From Eledone cirrhosa (Eukaryota): 64,000 nucleotides of DNA. The stretch covers positions 296,794,001-296,858,000 of the forward strand of contig OZ024741.1 of NCBI GenBank assembly GCA_964016885.1. Direction: 5' to 3'. Below, in pieces: positions 14,901 to 26,900 of this stretch; positions within the stretch are counted from its first letter, which is position 1; every line of letters begins with the position of its first letter. The notes beneath the pieces are model-generated. The model worked only from the letters and a program-made list of their open reading frames with translations. It was not told the origin of the DNA and ran no database searches. Both the position numbers and the translations under genes were made by a program.

Positions 14901-17900
14901 AAATCCTGTAAATTTGGTAAAGGATAACGATCAGGTGTAGTGATAGCATTAAGTCATCTATAATCTCCCACAGGTCTAAAATCCGCCTCACCCTTACGAG
15001 CCAAATGAAGCAGAGATGCCCATGGGCTGGTTGACGGTCGTATAAGACCAAGCTGAAGCATGTGTTTGAACTCATCCCTGGCTTTCTTTAGCCTGTCTGG
15101 AGCTAACCTACGTGGACGAGAGAAAACAGGCGGGCCAGTTGTTGTAATAAAATGTTGAGTCGAGTGGACTGCTTGGTGCGGTTTAAATGAAATGTCCGTT
15201 AACTCGGGAAACGAGGCAAGAAGTGAATGAATCTGGTTTCCAGAGGCAGCTATAAAACACGCGGGACTTATGACAGTAGCAGTAGACCCATGAGCAGGCA
15301 TAGATAAGGATGTGGTACCATCCACAAGTTTCTGTCTCCTGACATCTACTAACAGTGAATAGAGGTGTAAAAAATCAGCACCGAGAATAGGATGAGGTAA
15401 GTCCGCAACGACGAAAATCCATTTGAAATCCCGACGCAAACCCAGGTCCAATTATAAAGATATTTGTCCATAAGTTTCTATAGGAGACTGGTTTACTGCA
15501 TACAAGGAAATGCCGGAAAAATTTGGCTTGGTAGTGCTGAACCGAAGAGGCCAAATACTGCAACTAGATCCTGTGTTGACCATAAATGATTTGTTTGAAA
15601 CTCGGTCTCTGATAAAGAAAGCACGATAAGGAGAATTAATGAGGGAGAAGTCTGCCATGCCCAGACAATCCAATTTTAGTTTTCCGAGGTCTCGAAAGAG
15701 CAGGGCTGAATACAATGTTTCGCCTTTTTATGAAAACGCACGTGATACCAACACAAAGACTAGTTGTTGGCAGGGAGGTTGGCGCGACGATGAAGAGAAG
15801 GAGACCGAACCGTGAACGCCACCTGGATGGCGCTCGCTCCCGACACAGTTTAGCCACTTGATGAGTTAACGCGTCAATGGCTCTCAGTATAGAGTCCTCA
15901 CGAGGTGAAGCAGGCTGTGTTTTAAAAGTAGAAGAAGTGACGAGTGAATCTGCCAAAGTAGGCACACGAGAAAATTCCATAATGCGATCCACCGAAGCTG
16001 CGATTTGGTCCAGAAACTGGTGCCGACCATATTTGCCAGTATGGTCTGCACATTTGTTGGCAAACAAGAGAAGAAAAATTGTTTCATGAAAGCGTTGTCC
16101 TCTGCTGTTGAGTCGCTCAGTTCCCGGATGCGCCGTAAAAACTGAGACGGGGTTCTATCTCCCAGGTTTTCCTCCAACAAGGAACGAAATTTGCTATCAG
16201 ACGAACGGCTGTTCCATCTGAGCACATCTGCCTTTAGGGTTTCGTAAGATGTCTCTTGTAGAGGATCTGTGATTATGTCTTTAACTGAGGTTGCAAGCGA
16301 CGCAGGAATTCCACTTATGAGCACGTGCAATTTTTGTTGTGCCGCTTGAACGCCGTGAGCAGCAAAATACAAATCCAGTTGTGCAAACCACAACTTTGCA
16401 TCACCCGAATATGTCGGTAACGAAGAATTGCTCATGATGAACACAGTAGCCGCTGAGCAAAATTTTTTCCAACTGCCGCACACGTGGTTTAACTTTCATG
16501 AACCAGCCAATGACAATACATTTGAAAGGAAAAAAGTAGCTATATTTTCAAAATTACGAATTTCCTGGAGTCGTGAATAATTTTTTTTCTTTTCTGTGTA
16601 GCTGTTGGGTTTACCATTTTAGTGGAGTTGTTCAGGAATATTTGTGTAGTAATAAGTTGTAATAGTGTATGAATATTTGTCACTACTTCTTAGACGCTGT
16701 TGAATGAATGAATTTGTTTTGCTGTATCACGTCGGGGTCACCATTTTTAGTGAGCTGGTCCCAGGGTTACTTACTCCAGTAAGCACCACTGGATCCCAGC
16801 TACTAAATTTAATCGAAATATGAGGTAGGAGAATGTTCATACAATATCAGGTCGTGTGAGAAATATCTTGCACTACGAGAAGTAATGACTGAAAACGTAA
16901 CGAGTTTCTCAAAGCGAGTATCAGATATAAACATGCATTTATTGTAGATCCATGTTACAAATGTGGTAAACAAATATCCTCGTGGCATAACGAGGTACAA
17001 TCCTGAACCTTGAGATGTGGTTAGAGAAAGGTTAGCATGCTTGCTCTCGATGTGATCAGTTTGAGAAAAAAACGCCAGAAAGAGGAAGATTTGAGTTCCC
17101 TCTTTTATAATCCCTTGACCGGAAGTTACAAGGAAGGTTCTAGAATTTCAATGGGAAGTAACTCTAGCTACTTCCCTTGTCTAGAGAGTGCTACAGGGAA
17201 ATTCAGCTGCTATTTTTAGTCAAGTAACCACCTTATTGGCTCATTGATATTGTTGTTCTTGTCATTGTTATTGTTGTTTTTACTGTTTTATATAAATTTA
17301 CTAATTTGCTTTTCTTTGAAATGACAGGAAATGGTAGCCAATGCTGAAATCTCTGGTAGTAATGACCTTCCCGAAGCTGGTTTTGATGCTCTTATGCAGT
17401 CTTTGGTTTGTAAAGTAAGTTACCACATTCTTTTCATAGTTGCCTCAAATATGGAATGTGCAATTTCTTGCAGAGAATAAACTATATAACCTTTAGATAG
17501 TTTTATACTGCTTACATTATATGGTATGGTCTCATAACTCCTGATGGAGTTGTAGGGATGTTATAGTAACATATGGCATTTCTTTGGCATTTTAAAACCT
17601 AGTGGAGCCCATTTCCTCCCCAGGCCTGAATACAGCAGATTTCTTCCAGAGAAATATAAAGAGTGGGAGAAAGATATAGAGGAAGAATTGAGACCAGTAC
17701 TAGACTGGTACTTTTTTTATTGACATGGAATGGATGAGTTGACCTTGGCAGGATTTGAGCTCAGAGAGCAGAGAGCTGGAATGAATACTGTGAAACATTC
17801 TATCAGACATTCTAACAATTCTGCCAATTTGCATTATATATGTTAACACAAATGGGACTATTGTTTTTCATTGCAGATGGCATCCCTGAATAATTTGTAA

Positions 17901-20900
17901 TAAGAAATGATGTTTCAGAATAGTGGTGGGCACAGCTGTAAAGGTTGAGGACAGACACTTTCCTCTTTGGCGAGGCCCTTTTAACTTTTTCAAGCTTCAC
18001 TTAAAGAAAAATGAGGGTGGAGGGGGAAGTACTGCCTTCCAGCCAGTTGAAAGGAGGATGAAAGTGATGAGCATGGTCTTACTGAGCAGGCCTTCTTACA
18101 GTATATGCCTGTAGATTGGTGGAGGAGAGCCAAGCGGGGGCACTTGCTATAGCGGTCAGGGGTAGCCATGGCTTTTTGTGCGTTTTCTCTACAACTGACC
18201 CTTGGATCTCCCCTCTATTAGGAATTTTCTTTTGTTTTAATTTTATGTTGTTGTTTTTGTTATATTTTTACTCAAAAACCTCCCGCACACTGTATCATCA
18301 TGTGCTGTCCTTAATGTTTTATTCACGTGAACCCTTGATGGTTAATAAAGAAATCATTATCATTATTAGGTGAATTGGCAGTATCGGTAGAGGGTTGGAC
18401 GCCATGCGTTCTAGCATAGTTACGTCCCTTTACAGTCGGAGTTCAAATCCCGCCGAGGTTTACTTTGCCTTTCATCCTTACGGGGTCGATAAAATAAAGT
18501 ACCAGTAATGTACTGGGTAATTGCTGGCCTTGTGCCAAAAGTAGAAACAATTAGTAGGTGGAATGGCATAGATTCCATAAAGCATCGGACAACATTCTTT
18601 GTAGTTATGGCCCTTTACATTTTGAGTTCAAATTGCGCTGAGGTTAGCTTTACTTTTCATCTTTACAGGGTCAATAGAATAAAGTACCAGTAATGCATTG
18701 GAGTCGATTTAATCGACTTTCCCCTCCCCAAAAAATTGTTGGCCATGTGCCTAAATCAGAAACCATTATTATTGTTATTATTATTTTTTTTTTTTTTTTT
18801 TAGCAAATTGGTTGGAGAAGCAAATCAAGAAAGCTGATCCTTTTTATCGCCGGTAGCTCTTTCCATACTGCAGGCACAGGAAAGGTAAGACAACTCAGTT
18901 TCTGGTAATCCCTGATCAAGTAGACTTATGATCATTCCAGCCATGGCCATCCTGTCTTTTACCTGTGTAGAAAACCATGACAGCATTATCCCCTACATGT
19001 ATTTTTTAAAGACAGTGTAGTGTAAATTATTTTGCAATTTTTTATTCTTTATTCAAAAGAAGTATTTATACACATTACCACAGACGCTCTTTTCCTTGTA
19101 CGACAACTACAGGAGAAGTACCTAGCTAAAAGTAAACCCCTCTACCTAGCTTTTGTAGACCTGGAGAAAGCCTTTGACAGAGTCCCCCGCTCCATTATCT
19201 AGTGGGCTCTTAGAAAACTAGGAGTAGATGAATGGCTCGTGAGAGCTATACAAGCCATGTATAAAGAAACAGTCAGTAAGGTTAGAATTAACAATGAATA
19301 TTGTGAAGAATTTAGTGTAAAAGTTGGTGTTCATCAGGGCTCCGTCCTTAGCCCCCTACTATTTATTATTGCGCTTCAGGCTATAACAGAGGAGTTCAAG
19401 ACCGGCTGCCCATGGGAACTCCTATACGCAGATGATCTAACGCTCATAGCTGAATCAATGGCTGATCTAGAGAAGAAATTCCAAACATGGAAGCATGGCC
19501 TAGAATCAAAAGGCCTTAAAGTTAACTTGTCTAAGACTAAAGTTCTAGTTTGTAGAAAGGAAAATAGGGCACAGGTGCCCTCAGGGAAATGGCCATGCTC
19601 AGTGTGTAGGAAAGGAGTAGGCAGAAATTCCATTTTATGTCCCAAATACAAATTATGGGTACATAAAAGATGTAGTGGGATCACAGGTAAACTATCTAAG
19701 AACGTAGACTTTATATGTGGCCGATGCTCAGGTGCAATAAGTAGCAAGTGCCCACAGGATACTAGCTCCTTCTATTTCCCAGATGGTTCTATAGAAATAG
19801 TGGACACCTTCTGTTACCTGGGTGATGAAATCAGCAGTGGTGGAGGGTGTTCTGAAGGTACAGTAACCAGAGTCAGAACAGGATGGAAAAAGTTCAGAGA
19901 GCTTATACCACTGTTGGCCACAAAAGGTTTCTCTCTAAAAATGAAAGGCAGATTGTATGATGCCTGTATATGAACAGCAATGCTACATGGTAGTGAGACA
20001 TGGGCAGACTGGAAAGGAACGAAGCATGCATACTCCGTTGGATGTGTAATAGTAATATACGTGAACGGCAAAGCATAAATGAACTAAGTGAGAAATTAGG
20101 AATAAGAGGGATCAGATGCTGTTTACTTGAGAGAAGACTATGTTGGTATGGCCACATGATGCGCATGAAAGATGACAGCTGTATAAAAAAGTGCAGGGCG
20201 ATCAAAATTGATGGTAGTTACGGAGTAGGTAGACCCAGAAAAACCTGGGACGATCTGATAAATTCTGACCTTACACACTTTCACCTCTCTAAGACAATGT
20301 CACTGGACTGAGATCTTTGGTGCTACGCAGTAATACAGAAGACCCGCCTTGCCTATGTACAAAGCGGAACCTACAGTCAGTAGATACCTCTTAACCAAAT
20401 ATACACCCCAATCCACTACCCCTACCCTATCCTCCCACTCCCACCAACACCACCCTCTCTCTGTAAATCTGGTACCACAACATCCAGTCCAAATAAATGA
20501 GATAATGAGATCGAGGTCGTGTAGGTGTTACAACAAAAAAACACACAGTCCACACTGTAAAGTGGCCGTGTAGGTAACACGGTAAAAAGTTCCCAGTTCC
20601 ACACTGTAAATGTGGTTGGTGTTAGGAAGGGCATCCAACTGTAGAAAACCTGCCAGATAGTCCTATATGAGCGAGACACGGTCACCCGACCAACCTTGCC
20701 TCAAGTGGGACAACTCCCGTCTAACCCATGCTAGCGTGGAAGATGGACGTTAAACGAAGATGATGATGATGATGATTAGCATAGCATAAAGTAAAAAAAT
20801 TCACAGTATACAACATAATTCACAGAACATAAACTCCAAATGATGAAGGGAATACCAGCTGGCAGACTTTTGTAGATGCCATCACTTTTATGTCCATGAA

Positions 20901-23900
20901 ACATATACATATACACCAGGTCTGAACACAAAGGAACCAAACTCCCCTGTCACTGCCTCCATCTCTCCCTCTCTCCCCATCTCTCACTACTATCAGCAAA
21001 TGGGAGCCCATGCGTTGACAGCCCCGGTGGACTGGCCATCCCACGACCCCGGCAGACAGAACAGAGAAGGCATTTCCCCAGATTCTATTTGCAGGAACCA
21101 CATTTTTGCAGCATTGATACTTTATTCTCTAGCCTGTGATATGATTCATGATTCACAGCCATACACCACCATCATCATCATCATCATCATTTTACATCCA
21201 CTTTCCATTTTAACATGAGTTGGACAGGTCATCATGGCTTGAGACTAGATGGATTAGGGAACAACATCTTGTACATATGTTCCATGGTTTGCCATTTCTT
21301 CACTGTTGGCTGCATATCGTAATGCCAATCACTTCACAGAATGCACCAAGTACATTTTATCATGACACTAGCACTATAGAAGTTGTCATGTACTCAGTAG
21401 GACTAAAGAGTAGTCTCTACTCTATATTGACCCTGCTTGTCTGATCAACAACAACCTTACAAACTGTACTGGATGTATTTTATTGTGGCACCAGTCCTAG
21501 AGAGATATTCAAATTCTCAATAAGACCATATAGTCCCCTCTATTCTATATTGTCTCTGCCTGTCTGATCGGTAAACAACCTTACAAACAAAGTTGTTTAT
21601 ACAAAAAACAAAACACACCATTAAAGGGAAAAAAAAGAAAGAAAAAAGAGGAAATGAAAAGAAGAAAAAGAAAAAAAAGAATCACACACCACACCCCAGT
21701 CTGAGTAGTGCCTCAGCCACACCCTGCAGATTACTGGATGTATTTTATTGTGACACCAGCCCTAGTGGATGTACATGGCCTAGTGGTAAGGGTATTAGAC
21801 TTATGATCATAATGTCGTGGGTTCGATTTCTGGGCTGGGTTGTGTGTTGTGTTTTTGAGCAAAACACTTCATTTCACATTGCTCCAGTGAACTCAGCTGA
21901 AAATGAGTACCAGCAATAGCTGTGGGTTTCACTCTACAGTGGACTGAGTATACTGGAGCAATGTCAAATGAAGAGCAACTTACATCTCAGCCTAGAAATC
22001 GAACCCACAGCATTATGATTGCAAGTCCAACACCCTTACCGCTAGACCATGCATTTCTGTAGTAGAAGCAAACAAGATTGAAACTAATAGGTTGGTTAAT
22101 ATATTGGTTGGTGGGAGAGAAGGTAATGACCACAATCTATATGATTATAGATCATATGATAGAGAGAGATATAACCCTAACCCACCTTCATTGAATGGCA
22201 TGGATCCTGAATGATGGTGTAATTTGAGGGAGATTTAGATAGCTGGTATTTCTAGCAGGTTGAGGCATCCTGGTGTTTATTAGACATTCCCTTGTCTCCT
22301 AGATGAAACACTCAGATGATTGTTGTTATCTCTGTACACACACTAGATACACACACATATACATATATATGCACACCATACACACACACCACATATATGC
22401 ATACACACTTATACATTCACATACCCACAATGCACTCACACACACACTGCCTACCTCACATGCACTGCCACCAAAACACACACACACACACTGCCACCAA
22501 AACACACACACACACACTACCCACTACACACACTCACATATACATACATATGCACACCATACACACACACCACACACATACGCATACACACTGCCCACCA
22601 CACTCACATACAGACACTCTGTTGATATGGTTTCAAATCAGTTATCATATCTTAAAGACTACTTATCTACAGCTATCCCCCTCCTCCTCCTACTCACTGT
22701 TACCCCCTCCCCTTTCATTATCTTCTGCTCTTTTTTTGTCTTCTATTGTCTGCTTTGTCTGTCTGTTTGTCTTCCTACTACTGCTGCCATTAACACTGCC
22801 ACCACTGCCAATACCCCCCCCCCATGTCAATGTCACCACCACCACTACAGCCAATACCACCACCACCACAGCCAATACCACCACCACCACTGCCAACACC
22901 AACACCGCAACTGCCAATACCACCACTACTACCACTACTACCACCACCACCACCACCACCACCACCACCACCACCACCACTACATGGTCACACCACAGAT
23001 ACATCTTTTATATAACACACAACTCTCTTAAAAAGGAAAAGACACAGACACAAAAAAATATTTTTTATTATAATTTATAGTTAAATAATTGTTTCTACTT
23101 TTGGCACAAGGCCAGCAATTACCCCAGTGCATTACTGGTACTGTATTTTATCAACCCCGTAAGGATGAAAGGCAAAGTTAACCTCAGCGGGATTTGAACT
23201 CAGAACTTAAAGGACCATAACTATGCTGCAAAGCATAATGTCTGACGCTCTACCGATACTGCCAATCTACCACCATTTATCGGTAGAGGGTTGCACAACA
23301 TGCTTTGCAGCATTCTGATCTGAGTTCAATCCTGCCGAGGTTAACTTTGCCTTTCATCCTTACGGGGTCGATAAAATAAAGTACCAGTAATGTACTGGGA
23401 TAATTGCTGGCCTTGTGCCAAAAGTAGAAACAATTATATTTAAATAATGCTTTAATCTAATTAACAACAACAATTAACATGAACTAATTAAGCCCAATTA
23501 TTGAAGAAATACAGAACCTCATTGTTTATACAAGCTGGTAGCATTGAATTGTTTTATATTGAACTCTTGAGATAAGAAATTGCCTGAAACCACTCTATGT
23601 TCTATGATATAGTATAGTATGGTATGGTTGGTATGGTATGGTTGGTATCGTATGGTGAACTCTTTTGATAGGAAATTGCCTGAAACCACCATAGGTTCTA
23701 TAATATGGTATGGTCCCATAACTCATAATGGAGTCGTGGGGGCGCCGTAGTGACATGAGTCCATCTTTCTAGATCTGAACACAACAGATTTCTTCCAGAG
23801 AGTGAGAAAGAGAGGATTTAAGAAAGAGATTTAGAGGAAGAATTGACCCCAGTACTTCACTGGTACTTTTTTTTATCAACCTCGAATGTCAATTCGCCAC

Positions 23901-26900
23901 CTGAGATACTTTTATGTCTGAGAAAATCCAAACCCCACTTATAAGCTGAGACAAGTAATCAACACATGTTTAGATCCAAACAACAATTAAATAAGGGTGC
24001 TAGGTCATAGAATTTTGTAGAAGACCTGTTTAGAAATAGAACCATGTAGAAGTCCTGAGCTAAGTGATCTTTTAAAGATAACCTTGTAGGGACCCTACTT
24101 GGCAATGGTATCATGTAGTCTAACTGGCAATTGTTAATTCTGATTAATTATAACAGAAAATAACAAGACTGAAAATAACAGAAAATCTAATAAGAATTGA
24201 TATTAGACTTTTGATTCCAAATGGCCTGAAACTGTCCCTAATTCTATGATAAAAAGCTGTGTATTTTAAAATGTTTATATTTATATAAACACTTTTCATC
24301 ATAATTTTATGTAAGAACCTTTGTTAAATTATATTCCAAACACCAGCTTAATAATGGAAAAATTAGTTATATTACTAAATCCCTCCAAATTTTCAACATT
24401 ATTTGGACTTCATAGACTTTTAGTGGAGTATATATGGTAAGTCAATAGAAATCACAGCAAGTGATCAGTCTAAAAAAAACCCACTAAGATAAGGATGAAG
24501 CCTGTCATGGAGAAACACAAGACTAACTCCTCCTTTAGCAAGAAAAATCACCTGAAAATCACTCTGTTGTTGTAATTGTATATTTACACATGCTATCATA
24601 TATAACTTGAGATGATTAAAATATTGCCTAAAATATTGCCTAAAAAAGAACCCGATAATAAGGAAAATGGCCTTAACCCTTTAGCATTTACATTACTCTA
24701 TATTTACTATTGTAATTTCATGGTAAAGGCTTTACCTCACATAATTATTTCACATGATATCGAAGCTATGAGATTTTTATATTATTTATTTTGAGAACAA
24801 TACCTTAATATCAGTATGAGTGGCTGGTTACAGCTGGTTTGAACAGAAAGAGGTGAAAGAATTCTGGCTGGATACAGCCGGTTTAAATGATAAAGGGTGA
24901 TACACTTGTTATTGTTGCTGTTGTTGTATCTAGCCACATTGTATTTACTGAGCTCCTCTCTTGTTTCCTTTGTTGTTTTTTGCAGTTACTTGGAATTGTT
25001 AAACCAAATGATGAAAGATGTCATCTTACTTCAGCTGGAGAATATTCAGAAAGTCAAGTACTGGTTTGTATTCTTTTGTTCTTTAACTGGTTTCAGTTTC
25101 AAGCAGCACCTAATGTCTGGTGGCACCAGTTCTAGGAGCTTGATATATTGATTGGTTTCAGTAATTAGACTGAAGCTATGGAGGTGCATGGGCCTAGTGG
25201 TAAGTGTGTTGGTCTTACGATCATAATGTCGTGGGTTCGATTCCTGGACTGGGGGAGGGGGGTGTTCTTGAGTAAAACACTTCATATCACATTGATCCAG
25301 TATTCTCAGCCAAAAATGAATACCAGCAGTAGCTGGGAGTTTAACACTGTGATGGACTGATGTCCTGTTCGGGGGAAGTTTTGTTCACTCAGAAACTTAA
25401 CACTATGGAAACCCGGATCATATTAAAGATCTGAAGGTAGCAAAGGCATCTGGACCGTCAGACACTGGGATACTGAGATTATATCAAGCATTAAATTAAT
25501 ATATATCAGGATTGTACTGTATTGTTTTTCCATGTTGTTTTTCCTTGTTGACATTTTGCATACACACACACACACACACACATATATATGTGTGTGTCTG
25601 TGTATACAGAGTCTGCCCAAAAATGCATACACTTCAGGAAAAGAAAAACTTGTATAAATATTTAACTTGTTTACATACTTCTCTCTCTCTCTCAGTTTAT
25701 ACTGTCTTCCATTTAGTATTGATATATATTGCAGAACTCTATATAAAAAAGGAAAGAGTGGAATATTAATTTAAAAAAATTTTAATCATGACATGTTTTA
25801 TGAACAGTTCAAAGCTGTGTGTTGTTATGTAATACCCCCATAACATATAACTTGACACTGATTTGGTTTACTCTAATATGTGAGGATTGTATTAGTGTTT
25901 CATGACCAAATTGAATCAAAAGTTCAGCTACATACTGTGGAAACATTACATAACTAAATGTGGTTTTGAACTGTTCATTTGTGAAACATGTCATGTTAGT
26001 ATCATCATCATCATCATCATCATCATCAACGTTTAACGTCCGTGTTCCACGCTTGCATGGGTTTGGACGGGGGTAGTCCCACTTGAGGCAAGAGTGATTG
26101 TCTTGCTCGCATAGGACTGTTTGGGAGGTTTTCTACAGTTGGATGCCCTTCCTAACACCAACCACATTTACAGTGTGGGTCTGGGAGGTTTTTACCGTGT
26201 TGCCTACACGGCCACATTACAGCGTGGACTGTGTGTTTTTTTGTCGTGACACCTACACGATCTCATTTGTTTCGGCCTGGATGGTGTGGCACCAACATAA
26301 CTTTACATAGAACGGGGTGGTGTGGATGGGGTGGGGGTGGTGGGACGGAGGGGGGGGGGGGGTATTTTGTTAGAGATGCCTACTGGCTGTAGTAGGTTTT
26401 ACTATGTATTTAGGTAAGGCGGGTCTTCTCTGTTACTGAGTACCGCCAAAGGTCTCGGTCCAGTGACATTATCTTGGAGAGGTGTAAGTGTGTGATGTCG
26501 GAGTTTATCAGCTCGTCCCAGGTTTTTCTAGGTCTGCCTATTCCGTGGCTACCGTCTATCTTTATTGCCCTGCACTTTGTTATACAGCTATCGACTTTCA
26601 TGTGCATCACGTGTCCATACCAACGTAGCCTTCTCTCGAGTAAACAACATCTGATCCCTCTTATTTCTAATTTTTTCCTTAGTTCGTTTATGCTTTGCCG
26701 TTCACGTATATTACTGTTACACATCCAGCGGAGCATGCAAGCTTCGTTCCTCTCTAGTCTGCGTATATCCTCTGCACACAATGCCCAGGTCTCACTGCCA
26801 TGCAACATTGCTGTTCGTATGCAGGCATCGTACAACCTGCCTTTCATTTTTAGGGAGAACCCTTTAGCAGCTAATAGTGGTATAAGCTCTCTGAACTTTT

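Larger units (their letters stand above)
11757..17195 (-). mobile_element. Full-length but disabled Ty3/Gypsy LTR retrotransposon, CsRn1-like lineage
   Basis: Two 450-bp LTRs; 4-bp TSD GGGA (11753-11756 and 17196-17199); gag (LWFAQL, CHCC motif CWYH-x9-C-x3-C); protease (NTG), RT (YVDN), RNase H, integrase with GPF; many stops and frameshifts. Confidence 0.96.

Noticed and set aside
21765-21840. tRNA genes at SINE heads (also near 25180, 49005 and 18369)
   Set aside because: A/B boxes are present but there is no intact cloverleaf, and each continues into a SINE body
22303-23080. His/Thr/Pro-rich ORFs (also 330-920, 32325-32718, 50753-51142, 52623-52919)
   Set aside because: Translations of CA, CCA, TGT and TA microsatellites
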